Shown here one piece after another: positions 1-9,585 of a stretch of DNA of 64,000 nucleotides. How positions within the stretch are numbered: the first letter of the stretch is position 1; every line of letters starts with the position of its first letter. The notes under the pieces were generated by a model, which ran no database searches, was not told the DNA's origin, and saw nothing but the letters and a program-made list of their open reading frames with translations. The translations under genes were made by a program, and so were the position numbers. The stretch covers positions 13,789 to 77,788 of the forward strand of contig JACRBI010000052.1 of assembly GCA_016234495.1 (NCBI GenBank). Reading direction: 5' to 3'. The DNA is from Chloroflexota bacterium (GTDB lineage: Bacteria > Chloroflexota > Anaerolineae > Anaerolineales > Villigracilaceae).

Positions 1-1
1 G

Positions 2-139
2 CGCAAAAACGTGGATGAATATCTGGATGAGATCACCATCGAGTCATGCGGAAAGAGCCGCGTTTATCTTGGCGGCCTGGCTGAGACACTTCACCGGCGA
101 AACCTGCGTACCCTTTACCGCCAGATGAATGGCGAATGA
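2..139 (+). CDS. 3' end of a protein running in from the left edge (hypothetical)
   Basis: Manual translation of frame 2 gives RKNVDEYLDEITIESCGKSRVYLGGLAETLHRRNLRTLYRQMNGE*, open from the window edge. Confidence 0.5.
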   Translation, partial: RKNVDEYLDEITIESCGKSRVYLGGLAETLHRRNLRTLYRQMNGE

Positions 140-239
140 AGAACCAGAGTTTGAAATAACAAAAGATGTTGCAAGCTCGTTTGGTGAGCCTGCAACATCT
201 TGCATAATGGGGTTATTTTTTTCAACAGGAGAGCATGAA

Positions 240-692
240 TTGAAAACCATTCTTGAAAAATCGCGTTATCTTGCCATCATAGGAGTGATCTCCCTCTTGA
301 TCGCTGCGCTCGCTGCTTTTGCGTGGGGGACGCTGAAAACCATCAACACAGCCCTGCTCGTGATTCAATCCGCGGGAAAAAATGCGGGCATCACGATAAA
401 CCTGATCGAGATCGTGGACAGTTTCCTGATCGCGACAGCCATTTTGATCTTCGCTGCGAGCTTATATGAATTATTCATTGGCACACTGGTACTCCCAGAT
501 TGGATGCTTGCGCACAACTTGTACGAACTCAAAGCCAAGCTGAGCAGTATGATCGTGCTGGTAATGGCTGTAAAGTTTCTGGAAAAATTACTGGAACTTA
601 AAGATACGGAAGCCCTTTTGCAAACAGGAATCGCAACGTCTTTGGTTTCTGCGGTGCTGATCGCGTTTGGATATTTTGGGAAGAAGGATTAA
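240..692 (+). CDS. YqhA/UPF0114-family membrane protein
   Basis: Four hydrophobic segments; ..IEIVDSFLIA..IFAASLYELFI..P.W...NL..LK.KL pattern; TTG start at 240 follows GGAGAG. Confidence 0.75.
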   Translation: MKTILEKSRYLAIIGVISLLIAALAAFAWGTLKTINTALLVIQSAGKNAGITINLIEIVDSFLIATAILIFAASLYELFIGTLVLPDWMLAHNLYELKAKLSSMIVLVMAVKFLEKLLELKDTEALLQTGIATSLVSAVLIAFGYFGKKD

Positions 693-711
693 CTTTTCTT
701 ACAAAGGTCAC

Positions 712-1287
712 ATGCGCAAGTATTATCAATTTTCATCTGGAATGCCCCCCTACCAGCAAGGCGGACTCGATTCACTCTGCGGCTTGTACAGCATCATCAA
801 CGCCGAGCGGATCATCAACCATTCATCCGATGAAGATACCCAGCAATTATTTGATGACCTGATCCATTACCTCTCCCGCCGCGGGTTGTTGACCAAGTTT
901 CTGATCGGCGGAATCATCCACACCGAAATGCTGGTGATCTTGAATAAGGTAGTCGGCAAGAAACGCATCTCGAATGTCGAAATCCCCTGGCGCGGCATCC
1001 CCAACCCCGACCTGACGAAATTCTGGAAATCCATTCAATATTTTTTAGACGGTACACCCGGCCGCGCGGTCATCCTCGGCTTGCAAGGTTATCACGACCA
1101 TTGGACAGTGATCGAAAGCATCACCAACCGCTCGATCCTTTTATATGACTCAGCATTGATCAAACGCCTGCCGCGTTCATCATGCACCACCGCCTACGAC
1201 ACATGGAAGCGCAAGCATCTGCTCCTACCCGCGCAGACATATTTCCTCTCCAACGAAACCCCGGACATCAGTCAGTTTGATTATTAA
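712..1287 (+). CDS. Hypothetical protein with papain-like cysteine peptidase motif order
   Basis: QQGGLDSLCGLYSIINA ... HDHWTVI ... LLYDS (Q, C, H, D order). Confidence 0.6.
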   Translation: MRKYYQFSSGMPPYQQGGLDSLCGLYSIINAERIINHSSDEDTQQLFDDLIHYLSRRGLLTKFLIGGIIHTEMLVILNKVVGKKRISNVEIPWRGIPNPDLTKFWKSIQYFLDGTPGRAVILGLQGYHDHWTVIESITNRSILLYDSALIKRLPRSSCTTAYDTWKRKHLLLPAQTYFLSNETPDISQFDY

Positions 1288-1388
1288 AAGGGAGGTTGCC
1301 TGTCAGTCAAAACGGCATCCCCGCTTGTTAATGCGTTCAGCAAAATAATCAAATGATAAAAAAAATCAAAAATCTTAAAGGTGAAAAT

Positions 1389-1865
1389 ATGTCAAATCTT
1401 GATAAAGTCGAAAAGCTGGCGACAGGCATTAATCGATTGCAGACTGGCTGCATGTTAATCTTCTTCAACCTGCTTTTTACAGGTTTTTGTTTATGGGGAG
1501 TCTACATGTTATATGTGGCAGTGCAATTGGAAACAAAGGGAGTAATTACCGACGGCATTGTCGTCGAAATGAAACCCTCAACCTCCGACGGGACCACAAC
1601 CTACACACCCATTGTCGAATTTCAAGTTAACGGCCAAACCTATTCATTCAAAGGCGGCATTTCGTCCAATCCGCCGAAATACAGCGTGGGAGATCGCGTG
1701 GAAGTGCGTTTCGATCCCGACAACCCCGAGACCGCACAAATAGACAAAAATGTTGAGCGATGGCTCGCGCCAGTCATCCTCATCCCATCCATGATCATCG
1801 TAGCCGTCATTCTAAACTTCTTCTTGATCCGCGCTTGGCGGCGCGGCGAATCGCTGAATACCTAA
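1389..1865 (+). CDS. DUF3592-domain membrane protein
   Basis: TM + TDGIVVE..YTPIVEF..G.V.V.FDPDNP + C-terminal TM. Confidence 0.75.
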   Translation: MSNLDKVEKLATGINRLQTGCMLIFFNLLFTGFCLWGVYMLYVAVQLETKGVITDGIVVEMKPSTSDGTTTYTPIVEFQVNGQTYSFKGGISSNPPKYSVGDRVEVRFDPDNPETAQIDKNVERWLAPVILIPSMIIVAVILNFFLIRAWRRGESLNT

Positions 1866-1892
1866 CTTCGATTGTGATCAACAAACTCCCTC

Positions 1893-1921
1893 TTGACCAA
1901 TCCTCACCCCTCGCATAGAAT
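1893..1921 (+). promoter_or_regulatory. sigma70-type promoter of the aspartate kinase leader
   Basis: TTGACC-17 nt-TAGAAT. Confidence 0.8.
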
Positions 1922-1931
1922 AGCGCCCAAT

Positions 1932-2018
1932 ATGCACAACTACTGTTTCGGCACTATGATGACCATGACCACTACCTCCGGTAAATTCCGTGAGGCCTTT
2001 GTGCTTGGTCAGAAGTAG
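1932..2018 (+). CDS. Thr/Met-rich attenuation leader peptide (28 aa, MHNYCFGTMMTMTTTSGKFREAFVLGQK)
   Basis: Manual translation; TMMTMTTT run; lies between the promoter and a terminator upstream of aspartate kinase; below the ORF track length cut-off. Confidence 0.8.
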   Translation: MHNYCFGTMMTMTTTSGKFREAFVLGQK

Positions 2019-2046
2019 CCGAAATACAGGTTATCTCGAAACACAC

Positions 2047-2077
2047 AACGCCTCACAGAAATGTGGGGCGTTTTTGT
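2047..2077 (+). terminator. Attenuator terminator
   Basis: AACGCCTCACA-GAAA-TGTGGGGCGTT followed by TTTGTT; 5' arm GCCTCAC is also complementary to GTGAGGC at 1990-1996 (antiterminator). Confidence 0.85.
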
Positions 2078-2078
2078 T

Positions 2079-2125
2079 ACCCCACCCCCAACCCCTCTCC
2101 AAGATTTGATCTTGGGGAGGGGAGA
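2079..2125. repeat. CCCTCTCCC/GGGGAGGGG-type palindromic repeat (related copy at about 48148-48200)
   Basis: CCCCTCTCCCAAGAT..ATCTTGGGGAGGGG inverted repeat. Confidence 0.65.
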
Positions 2126-2138
2126 AAAGGAGAATGCC

Positions 2139-3560
2139 ATGTCAAAAACACTCGTCATGAAATTTGGAGGGACATCCGTCGGCTCGGTGGCTGCGCTCGT
2201 CAGCGCCACAGAGATCATTCGCGATGCAAAGAAGGATTGGGACAGAGTCGTCGTCGTGACATCGGCCATGTCTGGAGTGACGAACCTGCTATTAGACTCT
2301 GCCGCATCCGCTTCGCAAGGGAAAGTGGATACACTTCCAGCAGCAGAGTCAGCGCTGAGAGAAAAACACTTCGCCGCCGCCGATGCGCTCATCAAAGATG
2401 AAAAACTTCGCGAGCAGACAAAATCCGAAATCAACGCGCTCATCCTCTCACTCGTGGATTTGTGCAAAGCCATTGCCGTACTCGGCGAAGCCAGCCCGCG
2501 CGCGATGGACGCAGTGGCCTCTCTCGGCGAAAGAATGAGCGTCCGCTTGCTGGGCGCAGTCGCGAATGCGGCAGGCATCCAGGCCAAAGCCATCGACTCG
2601 ACCGAGTTCGTCATCACCAATGCACATTACCAGAACGCGCACCCCGATTTCAAGGTCACGACCGAAAAGACGCGGGAAATTTTGAATCCATTAATGAATG
2701 CGGGCGTCATCCCAATTACAACGGGCTTTATCGGCGCAACGCCTGAAGGCACAATTACAACTTTGGGACGCGGCGGCAGCGATTATTCCGCCGCCATCAT
2801 CGGCGCAGTTCTCCCCGCGGATGATGTCTGGATCTGGACAGATGTGGACGGCGTGATGACCACCGACCCGCGCATTGTGCCGGAAGCGGTCACCCTGCCT
2901 GAGATCAATTACAGCGAAATCGCGGAACTCGCTTATTATGGCGCGAAGGTTTTGCATCCCAAGACCATCCGCCCTGTGCTAGATGCGGGCATTGGCCTGC
3001 GGATTTGCAACACGTTCAACCCCAGTCACCCCGGCACGCGCTTGATTGCCAATGTCAAAAGCAACGGCAAAGTGGATGGAAAAGTCATCAAGGCTGTGAC
3101 CGCCATCCGCAGGCAGAGGTTGATTACCATCGAAGGGCGCGGTATGCTGGGTGTGCCCGGCGTCGCGGCGCGTGCCTTCGGAGCAGTGGCATCCACGGGC
3201 ACAAGCGTTCCGCTCATCACGCAGGCCTCATCGGAACAGTCCATTTGTTTTGCTGTACCATCCGAACTTGCGCCGACAGTTTTATCCGCGCTTGAAAAGG
3301 CCTTCGCCGCTGAAATCACCGATCAGGATATTGACCGCGTCTGGTCCACCGAGGACATTTCGATCATCACCGTCGTCGGTGCAGGGATGCGGCATACGCC
3401 CGGCGTTTCGGGCCGCGTGTTCAGCAAACTCGGCAATGACGGAGTCAACGTGCTTGCCATCGCGCAAGGTTCTTCGGAAGTGTCCATCTCGCTCGTCGTC
3501 GAAGCGGCGGATACGGAGAATGCGGTCAAGGCGTTGCATGAACTTATTGTTGCAGGTTAA
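2139..3560 (+). CDS. lysC: Aspartate kinase with two C-terminal ACT domains
   Basis: VMKFGGTSV, VVVTSAM, TTLGRGGSDYSA, WTDVDGVMTTDPR; AGGAG RBS before ATG 2139. Confidence 0.95.
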   Translation: MSKTLVMKFGGTSVGSVAALVSATEIIRDAKKDWDRVVVVTSAMSGVTNLLLDSAASASQGKVDTLPAAESALREKHFAAADALIKDEKLREQTKSEINALILSLVDLCKAIAVLGEASPRAMDAVASLGERMSVRLLGAVANAAGIQAKAIDSTEFVITNAHYQNAHPDFKVTTEKTREILNPLMNAGVIPITTGFIGATPEGTITTLGRGGSDYSAAIIGAVLPADDVWIWTDVDGVMTTDPRIVPEAVTLPEINYSEIAELAYYGAKVLHPKTIRPVLDAGIGLRICNTFNPSHPGTRLIANVKSNGKVDGKVIKAVTAIRRQRLITIEGRGMLGVPGVAARAFGAVASTGTSVPLITQASSEQSICFAVPSELAPTVLSALEKAFAAEITDQDIDRVWSTEDISIITVVGAGMRHTPGVSGRVFSKLGNDGVNVLAIAQGSSEVSISLVVEAADTENAVKALHELIVAG

Positions 3561-3620
3561 AAAGTTTACAAGTTTGAAAGTTAAAAACCTGCTAACTTTC
3601 AAACGTTTCAACATTCAAAC
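3558..3620. repeat. Compound palindrome of 8-nt AAGTTTGA-like units (family also at 22352-22429, 23972-24037, 27318-27363)
   Basis: AAGTTTACAAGTTTGAAAGTT...AACTTTCAAACGTTTCAACATTCAAAC. Confidence 0.8.
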
Positions 3621-3635
3621 ATTGAAGGAGTCATC

Positions 3636-4691
3636 ATGAATCAAATCCCCGTTGCAGTTCTCGGCGCGACAGGTTCTGTCGGCCAGCGATTTATTTCGTT
3701 GCTGGATAATCATCCGTGGTTCAAGGTGGTCGCGCTCGCGGCGTCTGACCGTTCGGTTGGGCAGCCATACGCCAAAGCCGCGCGCTGGGTGTTGGACGAC
3801 CCGATGCCCGCCTATGCGCGTGACATGGTCATCGTCCCCGCCAGTGTTGACGCGGTGCAGGCGAAGATTGTTTTCTCGGCATTGCACACAGAAATCGCAA
3901 ACGAACTCGAACCGCAGTTTGCCAAAGCTGGAGCGGCGGTCTGCTCGAATGCGTCATCGTATCGGCGCGGCGAAGATGTGCCGCTGCTGCTGCCCGAGAT
4001 CAACGCGGAGCATATTCAACTCGTCAAGCAGCAGCGTAAGAATCATGGCTGGAGCGGGTGCATCGTCACCAACCCGAACTGTACCAGCACAGGTTTAACA
4101 ATTGCACTCAAGGCATTGGACGAATCCTTTGGTGTGAAAAAAGTTTTCATGGTTTCGTTGCAAGCGCTTTCGGGAGCTGGCTACCCTGGCGTGCCGTCGC
4201 TCGACATCATGGATAACATCATTCCCAACGTGGGCAATGGCGGCGAAGAAGAAAAAGTGGAATGGGAGCCGCGCAAGATGCTCGGCAAATTCAACGAGAA
4301 TAAAATTGACATGGCTGATATTCAATTCAGCGCGCACACCAATCGCGTGGCTGTGATAGATGGTCATACCGTGTGTGCGAGCGTGGCATTGGATAAACCC
4401 GTCGAGCCAGAGGTTGCGATTCAAGCGTTACGCGACTATGCCGCAAAACCGTCAGCGAGGGAATTGCCTTCGACGCCCAAACCAGTCATCGAGGTCAGAG
4501 ATGAAGCGGATCGTCCCCAGCCAAGACTCGATCGATTAACAGGGAAAGGCATGACGACGGTGGTTGGCCGCGTGAGGCGCGATCCCATCCTTGATTTGAA
4601 ATTCGTAGTCCTATCCCACAACACGATCCGCGGCGCAGCGGGAGCGTCCATTTACAATGCGGAGTTGTTGGTGAATGAAGGTCTCTTGTAG
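3636..4691 (+). CDS. asd: Aspartate-semialdehyde dehydrogenase (archaeal/fungal-like subtype)
   Basis: VAVLGATGSVGQ, TNPNCTS, QALSGAGYPG, SHNTIRGAAG. Confidence 0.95.
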   Translation: MNQIPVAVLGATGSVGQRFISLLDNHPWFKVVALAASDRSVGQPYAKAARWVLDDPMPAYARDMVIVPASVDAVQAKIVFSALHTEIANELEPQFAKAGAAVCSNASSYRRGEDVPLLLPEINAEHIQLVKQQRKNHGWSGCIVTNPNCTSTGLTIALKALDESFGVKKVFMVSLQALSGAGYPGVPSLDIMDNIIPNVGNGGEEEKVEWEPRKMLGKFNENKIDMADIQFSAHTNRVAVIDGHTVCASVALDKPVEPEVAIQALRDYAAKPSARELPSTPKPVIEVRDEADRPQPRLDRLTGKGMTTVVGRVRRDPILDLKFVVLSHNTIRGAAGASIYNAELLVNEGLL

Positions 4692-4735
4692 GTCACGTTT
4701 TCAACGTGACGTCACGCTACAAGCGTGACCTACAA
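4686..4735. repeat. GTAG-type REP-like palindrome (relatives at 6330-6358, 25370-25398, 29891-29951, 35222-35283, 37821-37850)
   Basis: TTGTAGGTCACG...CGTGACCTACAA perfect 12-bp arms, overlapping the asd stop codon. Confidence 0.7.
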
Positions 4736-4743
4736 TTTCACAC

Positions 4744-4773
4744 TTGACACAATCATGAACCATATGATATAAA
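4744..4773 (+). promoter_or_regulatory. sigma70-type promoter upstream of the SAM riboswitch
   Basis: TTGACA-18 nt-TATAAA with extended TGn. Confidence 0.7.
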
Positions 4774-4792
4774 CCGCAAAATTAAATATTCG

Positions 4793-4911
4793 CTCTTATC
4801 CAGAGAAGCTGAGGGACCGACCCTTTGACGCTTCGGCAACCAAACGAAAGTTCAGGTGCCAAATTCGGCAAATAGGAATGGCGCAAGTCATTCATATCTG
4901 GAAGATGAGAG
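4793..4911 (+). ncRNA. SAM-I (S-box) riboswitch aptamer
   Basis: CTCTTATCCAGAG..GAGGGAC..GACCCT..GGCAACC..GGTGCCAAATTC..GATGAGAG, upstream of methionine genes. Confidence 0.95.
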
Positions 4912-4925
4912 GATGGTGTAGACGT

Positions 4926-4961
4926 ATACCTCTTCTTGTACTTTCAGAAGAGGTATTTTTT
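4926..4961 (+). terminator. Riboswitch-controlled intrinsic terminator
   Basis: ATACCTCTTCT-loop-AGAAGAGGTAT + T run. Confidence 0.85.
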
Positions 4962-5032
4962 CCCCCTAAAGGGGGTAATAACAATATCTCTTCTGAAGGG
5001 CGGATAAACATTATTCAAGAGGAGAAAATAAA

Positions 5033-6322
5033 ATGTCCACAAATGATCGCAAGTTAGGCTTTGCCACCCGCCAGCTTCACGCGGGCTATTCCCCCGACCC
5101 CACTACAGGGAGCCGCGCCGTGCCGTTGTATCAGACAACGAGCTATCAATTCAAGAACACCGAACACGCCGCGAATCTGTTCGCACTCAAAGAGTTGGGA
5201 AATATTTACACGCGTTTGATGAACCCGACCACCGATGTGCTCGAACAGCGCATTGCTTCGCTCGAAGGCGGAGTCGCAGCCCTCGCTTCGAGTTCGGGTC
5301 ATGCCGCGCAGGCGCAGGCGATCTTTACGCTGTGCAACGCGGGCGACCATATCGTGACATCCTCCCGTTTGTACGGCGGGACATACAGCCAGTTCAAGTA
5401 CAGCCTGCCCAAGTTGGGAATCGACGTGACCTTTGTTGACCCCTCCGACCCGAAGAATTTTGAAGCGGCGATCCAGCCGAACACAAAAATCATTTACGGT
5501 GAGACATTGGGCAACCCCGATATTTCCGTCTTCCCGTTTGAGGAAGTTGCGGCGATCGCGAAAAAGCATAATCTCGTATTGTTCATTGATAACACCTTCG
5601 CCACGCCGTACTTGTTCCGTCCGTTTGAATGGGGCGCAAATGTGATCACGCATTCCACAACCAAGTTCATCACCGGCAATGGGACTTCCATCGGCGGCAT
5701 CATCGTGGACGGCGGCAACTACGATTGGACGAGCGCGAAGTTCCCCAACTTCAACACCCCCGACCCGTCTTATCACGGGCTGGTGTACTCCTCCATTGCT
5801 GCGGCGGGACTTCCCCCCTTCGCGATCAAAGCTCGTGTGCATGTGCTGCGTGATATCGGCGCGTGCCAGTCACCGTTCAATTCATGGCAGACCTTGCTCG
5901 GCATCGAAACGCTCAACCTGCGCATGGATCGTCACACGCAGAACGCGCAAGCCGTGGCTGAATTTTTGGAGAAGCACCCGAAGGTCAACTGGGTCAAGTA
6001 TCCCGGGCTCAAGAGTCACCCCGATTACGACCGCGCGAAGAAATATCTTCCAAAGGGCGTCGGCGCGATGATGGGCTTCGGGGTCAAAGGCGGGCTGGAA
6101 GCAGGCAGGAAGTTCATCGAGAGTCTGCAACTGTTCAGCCACGTTGCTAATGTCGGCGACTCGCGCAGCCTTGCCATTCACCCGGGTTCCACCACGCACA
6201 GCCAGTTGACCGAAGAACAGCAGGTCACCGCCGGCGTCAGCCCGGACTTCGTGCGTCTCTCCATCGGTCTCGAGGATATTGATGATATTCTCTGGGATTT
6301 GGATCAGGCGCTCAACGCGTAA
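5033..6322 (+). CDS. metY: O-acetylhomoserine aminocarboxypropyltransferase (sulfhydrylase)
   Basis: [22 protein letters not shown] (PLP Lys), [13 protein letters not shown]. Confidence 0.93.
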   Translation: MSTNDRKLGFATRQLHAGYSPDPTTGSRAVPLYQTTSYQFKNTEHAANLFALKELGNIYTRLMNPTTDVLEQRIASLEGGVAALASSSGHAAQAQAIFTLCNAGDHIVTSSRLYGGTYSQFKYSLPKLGIDVTFVDPSDPKNFEAAIQPNTKIIYGETLGNPDISVFPFEEVAAIAKKHNLVLFIDNTFATPYLFRPFEWGANVITHSTTKFITGNGTSIGGIIVDGGNYDWTSAKFPNFNTPDPSYHGLVYSSIAAAGLPPFAIKARVHVLRDIGACQSPFNSWQTLLGIETLNLRMDRHTQNAQAVAEFLEKHPKVNWVKYPGLKSHPDYDRAKKYLPKGVGAMMGFGVKGGLEAGRKFIESLQLFSHVANVGDSRSLAIHPGSTTHSQLTEEQQVTAGVSPDFVRLSIGLEDIDDILWDLDQALNA

Positions 6323-6375
6323 TTATTATGTAGGGGCGAAGCAATGCTTCGCCCCTACTACAACGCCATAAAATC

Positions 6376-7296
6376 ATGCCTGTAAAAATACCCTCCACCC
6401 TTCCCGCCCGTACTGTTCTCGAAAACGAGAACATCTTCGTCATGGATGAAGACCGCGCCATCCATCAAGACATCCGCGCCCTGCGTGTTGCGATTCTGAA
6501 TCTCATGCCCACCAAGATCGCCACCGAGACGCAGATCCTGCGCCTGCTATCCAACTCCGCGCTTCAAGTTGAAGTGACACTCCTTCACACGGCCACATAC
6601 GAATCCAAAAACACCGACGCCGATCATTTGCTGGAACACTACGTCACATTTGAAGATGTAAAGCATGAAAAATTCGACGGCCTCATCGTCACCGGCGCGC
6701 CTGTCGAGCAGATGCCCTTCGAGGAAGTGGATTACTGGAATGAACTGACTCAGATTCTCGATTGGGCTGAGACGAATGTTGAATCCAATTTTTATATTTG
6801 CTGGGGAGCGCAAGCCGCGCTATTTCACAAATACGGCGTCCCCAAATATGACCTCCCAAATAAGATGTTCGGTGTCTACGAGCACCGCATCCTTTCCTCG
6901 ACCGAAAGCCTGCTGCGCGGTTTCGACGACATTTTCCTCGCCCCGCACTCCCGTCACACCGAGATCCGCCGCGCCGACATTGAAAAGATTCACGACCTGC
7001 AAATCCTCGCCGAGTCAGATGAAGCTGGCGTGTACATCGTCGGCACGAAGGATGGGCGGCATCTCTTCATCACCGGCCACTCGGAATATGATCCGCTCAC
7101 CCTCAAAGGCGAATATGACCGCGATGTGAACAAGGGACTGCCCATCCACGTCCCGCAAAATTATTATCCAAAGAATGACCCAACCCAACCTCCAAATGTT
7201 CGTTGGCGCGGACATGCTAATTTATTGTATGCAAACTGGTTGAATTATTACGTCTATCAAGTCACACCGTACGACCCGAATGAAATCCCAAAATAA
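6376..7296 (+). CDS. metA: Homoserine O-acyltransferase, MetA family (acetyl-type signature)
   Basis: ILNLMP, TGAPVE, ICWGAQA, TGHSEYD. Confidence 0.93.
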   Translation: MPVKIPSTLPARTVLENENIFVMDEDRAIHQDIRALRVAILNLMPTKIATETQILRLLSNSALQVEVTLLHTATYESKNTDADHLLEHYVTFEDVKHEKFDGLIVTGAPVEQMPFEEVDYWNELTQILDWAETNVESNFYICWGAQAALFHKYGVPKYDLPNKMFGVYEHRILSSTESLLRGFDDIFLAPHSRHTEIRRADIEKIHDLQILAESDEAGVYIVGTKDGRHLFITGHSEYDPLTLKGEYDRDVNKGLPIHVPQNYYPKNDPTQPPNVRWRGHANLLYANWLNYYVYQVTPYDPNEIPK

Positions 7297-7309
7297 TGAA
7301 GGGTCACCC

Positions 7310-8353
7310 CTACGCGGTTAATTTGATCAGTGCCGCGCACAACACACCCACCGCTTTTTGATAATCCTCCAAATTGATGTGCTCGTTTGGCGTATGGTCC
7401 AGCGCAGAATCACCGGGACCATAAACAAGAGCGGGACATTTCCACACCGGGGCGACGATGTTTAGGTCAGCGGTTCCTGTTTTATAGACGAAACGCGGCT
7501 CCCCGCCCTGTGAGCGGATTCCGCTTAAGAAAGCACGCACCAGCGGAGTATTTTTCCCGCAATCCCACGCAGGGATGGCGAAACCAATTGGCTCGACCTG
7601 CGTTTGCGGCTCGTGAGTGACCATGTTTAGAATCTCGTACCAATCACTGGGCGAAACGGACACAGGCAATCGGACTCCCACCTTTAATCGCGCCCATTGA
7701 TCAAAATCATTCGAGTCTGAATCCATGCCGCGCAAGGTGAGTAATAATTTATCAAACACCTTTTGCTTTTCAGCGTTGAATGAATCCACGTAGGCTTTGA
7801 CTTTCAGCCACGCATCCACCGCCGCTTCCGCCGCGGTCACTTCTCCGCTCGCCGAATGGACTTGTCCGCGCTTGACCGTCACATTTGCCCACGCGCTTCC
7901 TTTATATCCCAGCGCGACTCGATCCCATTGATTCGGTTCGCCGATGATCGCAAAATCAGGCTTGTATTGGGTCGCCACAAATCTCGCGCCTTCGGAATCG
8001 CGCTCCTCCTCCACCGCGCCGATCACAACGAACTGCCAATCATCTTTCGCGCCAACCTTTGCCACCGCATCTACAAAGCACGCCAGCGGACCTTTCGCAT
8101 CGGCAGAGCCGCGCCCGTACAAAACGCCATCATCCACGCGCACGAGAATCTCCCCCGCCACCGTATCAATGTGACCGAGCAACACCACCTGCCGCGCCCC
8201 CTTCCCCATCACGCCGACAGCATTCCCCGCTTCGTCAATGAACGCATCGTCATAACCCAGTGACTTCATCCGCGCCACGAGCCATTCCACCGCGCCGCGC
8301 TCCTGTCCGGAGGGGCTATATTGGGAGACAAGTCCGATTAGTGTTTCGCTCAT
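7310..8353 (-). CDS. lysK: [LysW]-ornithine/lysine hydrolase (M20 family)
   Basis: LLGHIDTV, GRGSADAKG, VEEE, GEPN..LGYKG, YGPGDSALDHTPNE. Confidence 0.88.
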   Translation of the reverse strand: MSETLIGLVSQYSPSGQERGAVEWLVARMKSLGYDDAFIDEAGNAVGVMGKGARQVVLLGHIDTVAGEILVRVDDGVLYGRGSADAKGPLACFVDAVAKVGAKDDWQFVVIGAVEEERDSEGARFVATQYKPDFAIIGEPNQWDRVALGYKGSAWANVTVKRGQVHSASGEVTAAEAAVDAWLKVKAYVDSFNAEKQKVFDKLLLTLRGMDSDSNDFDQWARLKVGVRLPVSVSPSDWYEILNMVTHEPQTQVEPIGFAIPAWDCGKNTPLVRAFLSGIRSQGGEPRFVYKTGTADLNIVAPVWKCPALVYGPGDSALDHTPNEHINLEDYQKAVGVLCAALIKLTA

Positions 8354-8409
8354 TGTGATTCCTGATTCTGGAAAATGGTTGATGGAGAATGGTTTAAATC
8401 CATTTTCCA

Positions 8410-9585
8410 TTAACCATTTATCTCTTGTGTTAAGGCTTCTGCCAAAACATCAACCAGAAGGTCTATTTGTTCGTACGTGATCACCAGCGGCGGCAATAAA
8501 CGAATCACGGTCATACCTGCATTCAAGGCGATGATCTTTTTCTCCTGCAACGTCTTGAGATATGGCGCGACCTTCTGCTTCATTTCAATACCGATCATCA
8601 AGCCAAGTCCGCGCACTTCGCGGATGTTCGGAGATTGAATTGCGCGCAATTTCTCCATCAAATATGCGCCCTTCGCCGCGGCTTGAGCAGGCAGGTCTTC
8701 GTCGCGCATCACATCCAGCGCCGCATTCGCCGCCGCGCACGAAAGCGGATTCCCGCCAAAGGTGGAGCCATGCACGCCGGGCGTCAGGTTCTTCACGTTG
8801 GGTCCGATCAACACCGCGCCCATCGGCACTCCTCCAGCCAGCGACTTGGCACAGGTCAACAGATCAGGCACAACGTCAAAGTGTTGAACCGCGAACATCT
8901 TGCCCGTGCGTCCAAATCCCGTTTGAATTTCATCCACGATCAACAATGCGCCGCGCTCATCGCAAATATTTCGGGCGGCTTGAATGTATTCGAGCGTAGC
9001 GGGATACACTCCGCCTTCTCCTTGCACCACTTCGAGAATCACTGCGGCGGTTTCTTCGTTCACGGCTTTATCCAACGCTTCGATGTTGTTGTATGAAACA
9101 TGCGAAACGCCGGGCAGAAGCGGCTCAAATCCTTCACGATATTTTTTATTGAATGTCGCCGAGAGCGAGCCGAATGTTCTTCCATGAAATGCGCGCATCG
9201 CGGCGATGAAATTTTTTCGTCTAGTGGAAATTCGAGCGAACTTGAACGCCGCCTCCACCGCTTCAGTGCCCGAGTTGCAAAAGAAGACTCGATCCAAGCC
9301 ATCCATCAGCGACGTAATTTTTTGCATCAACATCGCGCGTTGATCGTTCGGGAAGGTCTCGAACAAAGTCACCAGCGTATTCGCCTGCTTGTAGAGCGCC
9401 TCCGCAATTTTTGGGTGCGCATGACCGAGATTGGCAACGCCGTGCCCCGACGAGCAATCCAAATATTCCACGCCGTCAATATCGAACAACGAAGCGCCTT
9501 GTCCGCGAACGATGGTCAGGGTTTGTTTGGCATACACGCCAGAGGTGTGTTTGTTTTCGATTTCGATTATTTCGTTTGCTTTCAT
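8410..9585 (-). CDS. lysJ: [LysW]-semialdehyde transaminase (class III PLP)
   Basis: [35 protein letters not shown]; operon context. Confidence 0.88.
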   Translation of the reverse strand: MKANEIIEIENKHTSGVYAKQTLTIVRGQGASLFDIDGVEYLDCSSGHGVANLGHAHPKIAEALYKQANTLVTLFETFPNDQRAMLMQKITSLMDGLDRVFFCNSGTEAVEAAFKFARISTRRKNFIAAMRAFHGRTFGSLSATFNKKYREGFEPLLPGVSHVSYNNIEALDKAVNEETAAVILEVVQGEGGVYPATLEYIQAARNICDERGALLIVDEIQTGFGRTGKMFAVQHFDVVPDLLTCAKSLAGGVPMGAVLIGPNVKNLTPGVHGSTFGGNPLSCAAANAALDVMRDEDLPAQAAAKGAYLMEKLRAIQSPNIREVRGLGLMIGIEMKQKVAPYLKTLQEKKIIALNAGMTVIRLLPPLVITYEQIDLLVDVLAEALTQEING

